From the human T2T-CHM13v2.0 reference genome, Homo sapiens, in the NCBI RefSeq assembly GCF_009914755.1, contig NC_060927.1: a stretch of 64,000 nucleotides of DNA; one strand, given 5' to 3'. The translations under genes were made by a program, and so were the position numbers. Below the pieces are notes generated by a model that saw nothing but the letters and a program-made list of their open reading frames with translations, did not search any database and was not told the DNA's origin. Position 1 is the stretch's first letter. Every line of letters starts with the position of its first letter. Positions 26,946 through 43,880 of the stretch are shown piece after piece.

Positions 26946-27400
26946 TCCCCAGTCTTCTTGGGATTCCTTAGATAAAAACCTGGATAAGGGCTATTTTATC
27001 AAGATTTGCCTAAGACAGTCTGACTGCCTGAGAATTTCAGAAGAAACACTGCCACTTTAGTTGCTACTTCACAAGCATTCTGCCCTGGCTTAGTATTCAG
27101 ATGGCTTCTAGTTACAACTTCCTGTTTCTCTCTTAAAGCAGCCCTGTCTCTTTTCAAACTCGAGAGTGTGTGGTTTCATCACTGACTCTTAATGTCTTTA
27201 AGTGATTCATCTCATGAAAATATCTTTCATACTGGACAAATCTGCAAGCAATGATGCTAAGATCTTGAATCACGGTCTTATTATTCCAAATAAGTCTTCT
27301 TAAGCTGCATAAATATGAACTGTAGATTAATAATAAAAAAGGTAGCCTTACACTAGCAACGTTTTCTAAGTTCAAAAAGCCAATTCCTGACTCAACTTCA
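26946..27400 (-). promoter_or_regulatory. SLC9A9: SLC9A9 5' UTR and proximal promoter (no CpG island; TSS not determinable, probably about 27050-27200)
   Basis: Directly upstream of the ATG. Contains GAAACAGGAAGT (minus strand 27128-27117, ETS core with adjacent IRF half-site) and AP-1 TGACTCA (27388-27394). Confidence 0.6.
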
Positions 27401-27476
27401 CCTAAATGCAAGATCTTTCCTCTCTAACCAAGACCTGCCAAAGTGATGGGGATTGATAGCACAGTTATCAATCAGC

Positions 27477-27644
27477 CTCTGTGCTCTAAATGGATCAGCA
27501 TATTAGCCTCCTGAAAAGATATTACACTGCTTAGCCTGAAACTTCCGCCTCATAGCTCAAGTATCTCACAATGGGATTCACTTAAGGCATAGGGTTTCTT
27601 ATAGGGTTTCTTATGCTCTCAAATCATGACTGTACATTGGTTAA
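27477..27644. repeat. Copy B of a direct repeat flanking SLC9A9 exon 1 (promoter side)
   Basis: Same sequence as copy A plus a 19-nt extra segment (aaagatattacactgctta) and a 12-bp internal tandem duplication (atagggtttctt x2, 27589-27612). Confidence 0.9.
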
Positions 27645-29707
27645 GCAAACCTAAAGTGATTTCACAGGATTTTTTTTTTTTTTTTTTTTTAGTTGAGAAG
27701 CAAGAAAGGATTTAGTATATGACTCTATTTGGCTTTATATAATTGATAGTTGCAGAGCAGCCTTTAAACTCTAAATCAATTGTTTTTCTTTTAACAAGAG
27801 AAAACAATGAAAGCAAAAGACAAATAAAATTCCATCCCCATCTCTACAACTGTACTGTTTGGATACGTTGAGACAAAAAAGAAAAAAAACAAAACACATT
27901 ACTTCGAAAGAGAAACTCACGCAGCCATCCTCAGCAATGCCGCACGCATGGATTTCTCTCTGTAGGGTTCCTGGTCTCGGCATCCAGGACCCACAGAAAT
28001 CTGCAACAGATCACAACCTCCTCTGTCCTATGGCAAAACAATGTTGCTCACTGAGAAATGGTTCTGCCACCAGAAATGAAAGCTCTGTATTCACAGGATT
28101 CTGATCATAAGAGTGATGATTCTTCAGATCATCTTCCATGTGGCAGGTTGCTCCTGTCTGATTTCATATTTTTCTACTTTAAAATAGTTCAAGATAATAC
28201 CATGGGTTCTGCAGCTTTTTTTTCCTTTTCTTTCTTTTTTCTTAGCAAATGTTATGACCTGCTTGCTTTTAACACTTGATCCTATAACACATTTGGGTAT
28301 ATCCTGGGGTTAGCTGATTTTTTTTTCATTTTACCATATCATTGTAATTTGGGAGTATTAATCACTTATGATCCCCATTTTGACACAATTAATGCTCAAT
28401 TTATACAATGTGATTTCTTATTGAGTAGGCTGAGCCCAAATGCGTCCTGAAACAATTTTTGTCACTAAAAGCTAAAGGTCAAGCATGTAATATTATTGGG
28501 AGCTAACTACCTCCTCAACAAACAGTTTCACCATGAGAGCAAGTCTATCAACCCCTTAATACAAAACTCTGCTGTTTCAGCATCTTTGCTTTGTGCAACT
28601 TTGGAAGCTTATTTCCTCTCTGAGTTTAACTTAGCAGAGGGTATTTATGTGTGCTGCAGATGTTCTTCTGACACGCTACCCTTTTTGGCAGGAATATCTG
28701 TGATGACTAATATTCATACTGTTTTGAAACCTATCAGCTAATGCTTGCAAGCATTTCATGGAGCTTTGCTAGCAGGTTCTACCTTTATGATTTTGCAACT
28801 CCACAGGTTCAGTCGAGTTGTCAGATATACAAGATAACACAAATTCAGAAACTTCCTGTCCTTTTGTTTTTTGTCATTATTGAATTACTTTGGTTTTCTT
28901 TTATCACAATTATTCCATCTGAGTAGAATAAACATTCTCTGGTTGATCCGTGACATCCAGTTTCACTCTTTTAACCAATGAAGCAACTTGACAAAAGATT
29001 AATGGCCCATAGAATGTTTTGATTGGCTTACACATCTTTTTAAAAAGTTTTAGGTTTGATGTCAACACATTCAAATCAGTATATTTAACATTTAAAAAAT
29101 CATATGGCTTTTTGCAAGAAAAACTTGTAAGATCTGGCACACTGGGCCCTTCTTACATGGCCACAATCTGTTGGGGCTGAGTGGTTGCCTGCTGCATTTG
29201 CAACCAGCTTGCCACAAGTCCATTCATCCCTCTTCTTTCATTCATGGTCCCCGTGTGGCCCCTGCAGATGTTTGAATGTATGACCCCTGCTTTATTCCAG
29301 GAATGGAGTACATTCACTATTCCATTGTTCATTCCTGATGCTGCTTCACATTGGGGGGAAAAGCTTGAAGAAAAGGGGCTCAGGAAACATCTCCAATTCC
29401 TCCATCCAGAAAAGGAATTCAATTCTTCCTATTTTGTGTTTTCTTTTTAGAATATCATTTTTTATTTTGCTGTACCAACATAAGTGAGAAAATAAAATGG
29501 AAACATGTAACAATAGAGAGTCTACTATGGACCAGAAAATATGCCAAGGAATTTAACTTAGTCTAATTTAATATGCAGAAAATACTCACCCTTCTCCTGG
29601 TGAGTAATTTAAGGCTCAGGGAGATTTGGCAACATAGCCAAGGTCACACAGCCAGTAGGAGTTAAATTGCATGTGGGGTGTATTGGCCTTTAGATGGCTT
29701 TTCAGCC

Positions 29708-29820
29708 AGGGTGATCAACTCATCCTAGCTTATCAGGGACTTTCCTGGTTTACTACTGAAAGTTGTGTGTCCCAGGAAACCCCCTCACTCACAGACAAAC
29801 AAGCAAACTTGGTCACTCTA
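29708..29820. mobile_element. MER94-like hAT MITE
   Basis: agggtgatcaac...ttggtcactcta terminal inverted repeats; similar to 60043-60152. Confidence 0.6.
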
Positions 29821-32800
29821 ACAGCCAAAGTTCCTCAAATTCTCAAATCCTGTACTGTCAGTAATCACTATTTTTCATGAGATTCCTGAAGGAGATATTC
29901 ACACAAGAAACAATATCAGTTAAAAATTACATGCTGTTTTGTGACCTGGTAACCAGGATCATTAGTTCCAGGTTCTCAGATAAAATTGGGATGGACTCAA
30001 AACTTAGGCACAAGGACCAAAGAGGAATTCTTGACTGTCCCTAAATCTCAATATTAATACCTGCTGGCTACTGCAAGATGCGACACGCAAGTGAGAAGCA
30101 GCAAAGAGAAAGAACAGGATGGCCCAGCCTGTTGCAGTCAGTGTGCCCTGTCTCAGCTTGCCCATCCAGCCACAATGAAAGAAAGAACTGAAGAGTGGAA
30201 CCTCCCAGGCCAGTGTAACTTTGCATGGTGCGGTAATCTCACCCATTAGTGAATGGGATCCAATCAGCTTTACAGAATCTAACCAATCACTTGAGAGCTC
30301 CTCATTCTTGTAAGAGGTCATTGAAGATTGTGGGGTCAGGGTGTCGAGAAGCTAAGTTTGCTTTGGGTAGGGAGACATACTGAGAAGTCCCCTCTCCATC
30401 TCCCTGGAGCTCCACAATGCCCAGTCTTAGTTCTCTCTCAGCCCCTAGTGTTAACAGAGAATACTTCAGACAACACAGGCCCTGGGTTATAGGAAAATTC
30501 CACCGTCTCATTCATGTGGCCTTTCCCTTGCTATTTATCCCTCTCTGAGACCAGTGAAATGGAAGTTTCATATTTTGCCCCACCCTACTCCAAGCTTCTG
30601 AAATGGGCCAGGACAGGACTGTAATTAAGTTTGCTTGAAAGCCACACGATGTCATCATCCCAAAATTCATCCCCTATCCTATTTTCAAGCTCACCATAGA
30701 CCTATCTTAGCTGTCCCCACCTGAAAAAAGTCACATGTTAGCATAAGTTGCCCCTAAATTTGAATAATATGGACCCCTCCCATTAGTATATTTCCATAGA
30801 GAAATGAAAGTTCAAAAATTTCACGGGTAATTAAATCCCATAGTAAACACTTGGACAATATTAAGCCCACCCCAAATTCACTGTTCAATGCTTGGTTTCT
30901 TTCCTTCAGCCTTTACAAAGTCTGGTCTGTGGGATCCAGGGCCATGAACCCAGGATGTGACCCCAACTCCATGTTCTTTCCACTGCTCTTCATTATAGTG
31001 GGAAGGTGAGATTAAAAATCACTGAAAACGAGTTAAATTAGAGAATTTGTATCATTTTATTAACAATGCAAGTGTAGAAATGTGTGTGGCATGGATAGGG
31101 GATCCTTTCCTTCTTCTACCCAACAAGTGCATTCCAGCCATTCTCTGAGGAGGGAAAAATGGGTGCAGACCTCACTGTTTCCCTCTGTGAACTGTTATCT
31201 CTGTGTTGATTCTTGATGCTCAGAAGTCCATCACTCAGTGACGACCAGAGAAAAGGGGAATCTTCTTCCACCTGCACTAGAGGCTATTTGGCTGGCCTTG
31301 GCCCACCCAATGCGTACTGGATGTTATTTAGGTATTTTTTTCATTGAAGAGTCCCAAAACTGTATACAGCCAGGTTGAAGCAAATCTGACACAATGCCTG
31401 TGATCCAGTCATGTCATCCCTATGTCATCAAAGGGGGGACAATCTTACAGCTGAAGCCTGGGGAATAAGGAGGGTCCCAGATGCAAATCCCTTGATTCCC
31501 AACTCAGGCCCTCTTCACCCTGTTTCCTGCAATCCCCTGCTTTTGTCCTCAGCTTTCTGTCCACAGCACATCATCTCTTTTCTTTTAGAAAGGACACCTC
31601 TTCAATAGAAATAATAAACTTCAGTCTATAGGTCCCCTCTTCTGTCTTGCACATCTTGGAGGGCCCATCATGAGAAAAAAAATTCACTCACGGGCTTCTT
31701 GTTTTATTCAGTCTCTGCTGGTTCTGCATAAGGCAGAGGTAATGCGGGCTCATCACAGTGGCTGGAACCTACTCCTAACCCAAGATAAAGACTTCATGGG
31801 TGAAAAGAAGTGAGCTCTGGAGCCAAGGCCAAGAAGGAAAAGATGGAGACATGCTACTCCATGCTGCGACTTGTTTTAGCACAAAATTTCTGAAATAAGA
31901 GCTGAGAAAATTCATTTCTTTGATCTCCCATTAAGTGTCCACTTGATAAATTTGCATTCTTCTTAGAATATAACTGCTACTCTGTATCTCACCAAGTAAT
32001 AATTCTGACCTCACTAGCTAAAAGACACTATGTGTTAAATTATAAAATTTTTGTAAAAACTAACAAAGAAAGGCATCATGCCCCTCACCTCTCCCGGATC
32101 TCTACATTTTTCTCTAAAGAGAAAAAGAGACTTAGGAGAGAAGACAAAGCTCCAGACTAGGAGAAGCTGAATACGCTTGGAAATATTTTCTGAAATGAAG
32201 TATGTCAAAATCAAGCAGATTTGGATAGTTTCACCCCTTAGTTTTTCCCATATCAATTCAAAATCTAGCCTTTGAGGCAGCCTTTGTTAGAGGGTGTCTC
32301 TATGTGAGTTCCCTCAAAGCAGACCTTGAGACAAGGACTTGCAGGTAGTTTATTTAGGAGAGGATCCAAGGAATCCCAAGTGAAGAAGTTTGCACAAAGA
32401 CTAGAAAATACCATTTTTCAAAAATAAAATTTTAATTTGCATTGAAGCCTCATTCATTCCTCATTTCATTCAATTCTGTATATGGTTTGTGAACTTTGAA
32501 ACTTTAATAATTTATAGCTATGCTCAAAGCAATCCTTAAGTAGCACCTAAGATGAATTTTATTTACACCTAAGCCAACTAAATTACATAATAAATTCTAT
32601 GACAAACACTATGGTTCTCTTAGATAAGAAGGTAAATCATGTTCCATGGCCAGCAGAGTTAAAACTACATGTCACCTGTGCAGAGAAAATTCAATTTACT
32701 TTGAAATACAATTTTCTGATGTTAACACTATATCTAAAGTAAAAGTTTTAAGTTAAAAGTTTAAAACTACTCTGAGACTCTTTGAAGACTGTGACTTGGT

Positions 32801-34273
32801 GTATCACACACAAACACATACACTGTGCCCCACCCTATCACCCAAGGTCTTCCTACAAATGAATTTTAAATCAACAACAGGTGGTTACATATTCATTTAA
32901 ATCCAGACCAACAGGTTTTAATGGATGTCATAGGACAATGTGATTTTATTTCTATAAAAATGTCCTGCGTTACTGTGGGGAAAAAAAATAAATTCACAAA
33001 GAAAGATGGAGCATACAATGACAATTTTTTGGTTGCATCATATGTAGCTTCAAGAATGTTTCTTTGTTGGCTAGGATAAATATGAATTCACAAATAATGA
33101 CACTTCTACTATCCAGTCAGAAGCTCCAGTATCTAAGTAACTGACAGTCATTTCTAAACTCTAGGTGTGGAAAAGAACTGTTTCTCAGAATATAATCAGA
33201 ACCTATAAATCTCAATTAAACCTGTAACAGAAACATTGTGTTCTAGCAGCTGTTGGAGAGGCTCTTCGAGATTCCCAGGTTCCTCAACAAAATCACTAAA
33301 AAGACTATGAATTATGAATATTTGCTTACCCTTTGAATCCTTGCTAAAAGGGTAATTTTAAAAGTTTTTCAGCAGGGTATTTGGGCTTCAAAATGGAGGG
33401 ACTATAAATAACATACAGTTTTTAAATGTTAAAGGAATATTCTTTCTGTAAAAAAAACAAAACAAAAAACAAAAAATGTCTTCCTAGCTTCTTACTTAAG
33501 CCATGTCCTTTATGACACTATAATCTTGAGAATTGTTGAAATGGGAAAAAGCAGAACCAATTAATTATCAGGAATTTAAGATTCAAACAGTATTGGATTC
33601 CACCAAAATCTACTCTTAAAACTAGATTTATTTCTAAGTGAAAAACAAAATTGTTCTGTTAGAGATTCAATAGCCAAAACCTCAGGCCTTTCCTTTCCAC
33701 CATGATAACCAAAAGAGAATACACACAAAATAGACAGCTGACAAGAACAGGGTACACCAAGAATGTAAGGCTTTTGGTGAACTTTGTTTGATAATGCGGC
33801 TTAGACCAGAGGCTTCCCACATCTCACTTCAAATCTACAGGAAAGCCGAGGACAGCATACTCTGAGACACACTTGCTGGGGTAAAATCTATCTGCACAGT
33901 AGAATCTACTTCCAAGTACTCAACCTCTCTATAGAGGGGAAGAAGGGTTGCCTTTTGCAGAGACAGCAGCCAGAAAGAGGATCTTAGGGCTACATCCACC
34001 ACCCCTCAAGCTTCTGCGCTCATTTTGACTGATCAGATAAAGAGATAAAAGGCTCAACCTTCTCTGCACCTCAGCACAGGAAACTTACTTCTAGTAAGGC
34101 GTGGCCCAGCCAATGCGGTGCTTGGATCACCCACTGACCATCCCTGATCCAAGGGATTAAGAGTGGGATGTGCTTTCTATGACTCTTTCAGGAGGTCAGA
34201 AGTGGAGGTAGAAGTTTCCTCCCTCGTGGACCACTGTGGAAATGTAGGGATAGAAGCAGAAGGGCTCCCTGTT

Positions 34274-34774
34274 TTTTTAGTTTTTTGTGGGGGAGGGGGT
34301 TTTGTTTTGTTTTATTTGCTGTTGTCCCAGGATTATTGAAAATATTACAGCATTGCAGACAGCTTCAAAGAGCTCCCCGAGGCATTTTGAAATTTATCTC
34401 AACTGTAGGTCGAGTGACCTGCAGGTTGGACAGACTGACAAAGTCCAAAAGCTCCAGCATTTCCTTAGTGTCAGGATCTACTTCAACGGTCTCCTGATCC
34501 AGGACTGAGATCTCGGGAACATAATTGTCTCTGTTTTCTCTCTCCTCCTCCTGCAGCTTGATGGAGATACCTCTCACTGGGCCCTTCCGAATCCGCTTCA
34601 TCAGATGCTTGACATAGCCTACTATCTTGTTGCGGAGCTTCTTGCTGAGGATAATGGCGATCTCGCACACACATTTGTTCGTGTGGAAGTCGTTGCCTAG
34701 GCGCGTGCAGTACTTTTCTATGATGACCTGGGTGGCCTTCTTCGTGATTTTGGTACAAATGTGGCCATGTGAGT
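34274..34774 (-). pseudogene. Processed pseudogene of 40S ribosomal protein S17 (eS17/RPS17)
   Basis: Intronless minus-strand copy; translation [44 protein letters not shown]...DPDTKEML matches RPS17. ATG at 34768 is followed by a 1-nt deletion (frameshift); stop at 34367-34365; 3'UTR and decayed poly(A); 15-bp TSD GAAGGGCTCCCTGTT at 34259-34273 and 34775-34789. Confidence 0.95.
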
Positions 34775-36445
34775 GAAGGGCTCCCTGTTAACTCTCCCCA
34801 GGTCTTTTTTCTTTAAACCTGTTGGAGCAGGGCTGGTCCACTCGGGAGAGCAAGCCTGCATTGTGTCTGAGCAGGTCTGCTCCTGCGTTCATGTGGTTGC
34901 GTGTTTTGTATCCTCCTAGGGCTAGTGTGTAAAGTGGCCTAACTGCTGCACTTGAAGGCTGTAGGGAGAATAGGAACTAAGCGAAATTGCCTTAACTTCA
35001 CCCCACACCAAAGGATTAACATTTCCTCCTATACAATTTTTTTTTAATTGTGTTGACGACAAGTTGTGTTTAACCACGTCAGCAAAAAAGTATGCCATTT
35101 AAAAAAATACTCAAAAAATACATTGCGGATACAGTATTCAAACACCTGAATTTGAATGTTATTTGATTATTAAATTGTGAGAAAAAGCCCTAAAGTTTGA
35201 AATCAAATTCCCCTTCCTTCTGTAAGCTAAATTTGAACTTTTTCTGACTTTGCTTTCTAATTTTGTTGGATTGGGCTCAGTCTCGTGGTGCCAGATTTTC
35301 TTCACCAGCTGTGATGTTTGGGGCCATCTTTGGAGCACTAGAATGTCTATAGACTCTTCAGCAACGACAAAGTTGAACGAACCCAACTACAGATTACTCA
35401 TGCTGAGCCAAAAAACAGGAAGCATGAGCAAATCCCATGCTCCTAGAGCAGCTGTCCTAAACCAGATTTTCTGTCCCTAGTTTTGTAAATAGTACAATTT
35501 GGGGAAAGGCAGGAACATGAAGAAATGCAAAGTTATAGATATAATATTTTTTGTTTCAGGCTAACCAATATAGACATCAACAGGGCATTTGGTCCAGAGG
35601 TCATTATGAGAGAATTTAAATCCACGTGAGAAATTGCCCATTTATTGTAACATTGAGCTCCCCGCACCAATGGGGAAATCACTTGTATACACTGTCTTGC
35701 CAATAGACAGTGGCACTTAAAATACTTTCTTCTAAAATTTTGAAATGTGCCAGCTTGATACTTCTCCAGTTTTATGCAAGGCTTTGCCAGTCCTCTCTGT
35801 GTTCATCTAGTGTGTTTAAAGCCTTTTCATTATTTATTGGTGAAATGATATGACACCTGGACCTTTAACATATACCTTCATAAAATCTTATGAGATAAAG
35901 TTAAAACGGAAGTAATGACAATTTTATGGTTGCTGGGGCTACATGATGGGAACGTATGGTATTTTTCTCTCTACTTTTGTGAGTGGTTGAAATTTTTCAT
36001 AATACAATTTTTGTATGTATTCTTATTTCCCTCTTGATTGTCACATTTGGGGGATCCAATTCCTCCCTGGGCTTGAATGCTGCCTAGTAATGTATCTTCC
36101 ATTCCCTCTTTAAGCACATTCATGATATGCATTCTGTGAAATCCCACCCTCTTTACCTTCTCTATTGCTCCATGTTGAGTAGAATTCCAAGAGGGTTTTA
36201 GCCTTGCACTGCAGCAGCTTTGGTCCTGGAGTTCTTTTCATCTGGGAACTCTGTTTTATGGATAAAGTTCTCTCCCATTACCCTAGTGGCCTCATTTGGA
36301 GGATTACCCTCAGCAAAGCCCTAACTAAAGCCACTGCAGATATTTCTAAGTAGGAATCATTATGCTCTTTTTCTGTTTATCTTTTTTATTTCATTGTTTT
36401 CTCTACCCATATATTTTTCTATATTATCATTTACATAATTCAAAC

Positions 36446-39579
<3,134 letters not shown>

Positions 39580-40319
39580 CATTATGCTTTCTTTCATGTG
39601 CTTTTCCCCAAAACTTTTCCTTTTCCTGACTTTTGAATTTCCAAGCCTTGAGAACCTTTTTCTCACATCATCAGCAGTAGAACTATTCTCTCAGCTACAT
39701 GTTTTCCTGTGGCAATGGAATATGCCCTAATGTTCCATTTCCTTCTGCTCTTCCACAGATTCTGCAGGATCAGCAGAGCCTTGCTTTCTTCCTCCCCCTC
39801 CTGTGTAGCAATGATTGCTGGACCAGAATTCCTCTCCTCTTTTTTCTTTAGAACCAGACAGTTTTCCTGGAGTCTCCCATATGAAATCATTGAGTTCTGA
39901 GTCAGTCAATTGCATTAATTGTTCAAATACATCCAGTCACCATCACCAACCCAAGTTGGAAAATTCTATCTATAAGCTACCCTCCATCAGCCCAACAGCT
40001 AACCCTGGCCTGGAATTGATCTCCTTTGCACCCACTGTGCTACCCTTTACTGAGCTTCATCTTCCCTAAACCTTTGCACAGAGTCCTAACTCTATGTGTT
40101 TCCTGGAAATCTTCCCCCAAACCATGGCCATAGAAGTTTTGCCACCTGAAATGACTGTGTCACCTTCAAACTCATCTAAGGATGTTTAATATATTCTCTG
40201 CTAATCTTCTCAGCCCTTCTATAACAAATGTCCAATGTTTCTGAAATCACCCCATGCAGTTTTTCCAAGAAGTTTTCCAACTGTTCTCTTATTCTTGCAA
40301 CTCTAAGAGGACACCTCTC

Positions 40320-40965
40320 AGAATGCTAGAAAACAAATGACAAAATTTCCTCAACAAATAAATTAGAAAAAGAAAAGGGGGAGCTGGAGGCAGTTAATAA
40401 ATAAAAAGAAGTTTAAGGGACATATCAACCAAATACAATGTGGGAGCTTTCTTTCTGATCTTGATTCAAACAAACCATATATTTATATGGTATTTATAAA
40501 CAATGCTGAAATTACAGTTGGGTGGTGAGCACACTAAAAGCTCAGACTCTACCACTGCATAATAGATGAATATAAGAAATCTGCACTTGTACCCCCAAAT
40601 CTACAAAAATTAAAAAGAGAATATGTTATTTTTAAAATGGTGAAATTAGAAAACTAGCTAGATATATAATATGAAGAGATATTATTAATATTTTAGATGT
40701 AAAATATTGTGGTTAAACTTTTAAAAATTCTTATTTCTTTGAGATAATATAGATGAAATTATATAATGCCTAGGATTAATTGTAAAATACTCCAGCAGGT
40801 GCTGGGATTTGGAGGAGGAGTGGGGAGGTACACAGGAAATGAGAATAACCATATGTTGATAACTGCTGGAGTGGAGAGATGGGCACTTGGAGAGTCATTA
40901 TATTCTCTCTTCTTTTGTGCATGTTTGGAAATTTCCATAATAAAAAAGTTTTTGAAAAATAAGAA
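40320..40965 (+). mobile_element. Old L1M (L1MC/ME-type) 3' UTR fragments
   Basis: gggacatatcaaccaaatacaatgtgg...aaaagctcagactctaccact...gcatgtttggaaatttccataataaaaa. Confidence 0.6.
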
Positions 40966-42924
40966 GAATAAAAGAAAAGACAAACACCCCCTCTCAATAG
41001 TTTCCTCTCTCTCTGAGCTCTCACTGGAGGAATTAACCTAGTGAGCTCTCATGATCTTGCCTTCTTTATTTGATTTTCATAAGCCCCCCTGCCCTAACAC
41101 TCCTTAAAAAGATAACAGCTAAAATATTTCTCATTTTTTAGTCGCATCTTTTTTTTTAATTTAATCTGTCTCTAGAGGAGAAAGCTGTTTATCCACCCCA
41201 TCTTATTTCTTAATGTGTATGCTTTTATTTTGCTTTCATTTTTTCTCATTGCTGTTCTGATTGCAAGACCAAATCTTTTTTTCAGAATTTTCTTTCCCTG
41301 ATATGTCACTATGCAAACCAAATTCTTAATGACAGGGAGTTTCCAATGGAAAATCTTAAATGGTCCCTCTAAACCTTTGTTCCATAATGAGAGTGGGTTG
41401 GTTTGCTTCTGCTTAAAAATTGTGTCATATGCCCTATACGAGAAAATCTGTATTGTTGTTTATCTATTCCCTTACCCTTCTGCGGTTGAAGCTTCAGTAG
41501 GGGTCTCTAAAATTCGCACCCATGAGCAGACTTTACAACATACACAGTTTAGAACCAATTTAAGACTTGGTGATAGAAGCAGAGTATTTCCAGGACCCTA
41601 TGTAGGAGCCTCCCAAGCCCAAGATACTATTTAGATCTTGATGTCATTTACAGAATGATAAAGAAGTCTGAATTTTGGATTAACTAATCTGGAGATGCTG
41701 CTTCAGCCTGACCCTGACAACCTGAAGGTCAGCATGAACACAGAGTATTCCGTGCCCCATGGGAAACTCAATTCCCTTTGCGGGTCTGGCTGAGAAGCAC
41801 TGTATGGGGAAAAAGACACTATGGAAGTAATAATTATTCTTTTCACAAAACCCTAAAAAAGCTTTATGTAGTGAAGTCCATCTGTTTTGAGGTGGCACTT
41901 AACTGGAGTCTTTCTGCGCTCTGATGTACCAGCTGTGTCTATGTTACAAGCCACCGTGAGCCGCCCCAGCCCAAGCTGGCCTATATCAAGATCCTCATTC
42001 TCCCTGGGTTGCCCTTTGCTGCCCAAGTGTCCATCTTATGATTTCCCAGCCTGCATTTTAGAGATCTAGCAGCTCTAAAATTCTCTCCCACTTCTTTCCA
42101 AGATGTTGACTGATGAAGTAAACACCCGAAGGACAGATAGCCAACTGCGTCAATGGCTTAGTGGCGCTTCTGCTAAAGAATGGAGAATGCCGCTTAGACA
42201 CAAAGTTTTTTAGATCCAGAATCTGCACATTCACACTGGGTGTATATCCAAGCCCGCATATAAGACTCTGAGTCCACTCATCCAGCTGGTTACACAGACT
42301 TACTGTACTCTGTCTTCAGCAGGGATTTCTGACTATGGAAGAACATTGTCCAGGTGGATTTACTTCATGATGACAAAAGTGGAGACAAGCCTGTTCGTAC
42401 CTAAAAGCTCAGGGAGTCAAAGAAAAAGAAAAAGATGGCACCTTCCACTGTTATGAGCATAGTCCTCTAGTGTACACCATGGCCCAAAAGTAGCACACTC
42501 TGTTCAGAGGGGATGGGAGAGAGGCACAAGCTTCCTCGCCAGGACTATTCCAGGAGGACAGAAGTGTTGGTGAATGTGTCCTTCTCTCTGGGCCAAGCTG
42601 GGATCATGTGAAGAAGAGAAAACATTTTTCTCTACAACTCTTAAGTTGGAGGTTTCAAAATTGGAGATACTACATTGAAAAGTTTAGAACTTCAACCAGG
42701 TCATCTTATTATAGAAAGTTATAAATTTCAGAAGTTTTTCCTTCAAAACGCCATATAACTCTTTGATTTTACTATGGATATAGTAGATCACTTCGTATAT
42801 TAATGCTTCTAATAATTTTTTCTGAACTCTAAAAACTTTATCCTTGAAATACAGTTTTATATTTAAACACATCTGCAATAATAGTATTTACACATAGCAG
42901 AAAACACTATTGTTTTTCAAACAT

Positions 42925-43105
42925 TGTTCTTCTCAAAGTGAGGTCTCTGGATCGGCAACATCAGCCTCACCTGGAAACCTGTTAAAATGCAGATTCTTTC
43001 ACCCCAGACCCACTGTATCAGAAGCTCTAGTGGTGTAGAGACTAGAAATCTGTGTTTAACAAGTCCTCTGGATGATCCTGATGCTCATTAAAGTTTGAGG
43101 ACTGC
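42925..43105. mobile_element. MER5A relic
   Basis: ttctcaaagtgaggtc...catcagcctcacctggaaac...aaatgcagattct...tgatgctcattaaagtttgaggactgc. Confidence 0.75.
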
Positions 43106-43227
43106 TTGCCTAAGAGATGACTAGATAGATGTCTCAATCGATACAGCAATAAATAACTCATGTCATAAAGTAAATGGAGCCAATACACAAACAAAAAAGT
43201 ACTAAAGGCTGGTTTAAAAATAAATAG

Positions 43228-43880
<653 letters not shown>

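Noticed and set aside
34095-34125. CCAAT box with nearby CpGs (gcgtggcccagccaatgcgg)
   Set aside because: Isolated motif with no other promoter evidence; possibly part of an unrecognised old LTR.
34483-34758. 91-aa ORF MYQNHEEG...
   Set aside because: Alternative frame of the RPS17 retrocopy.
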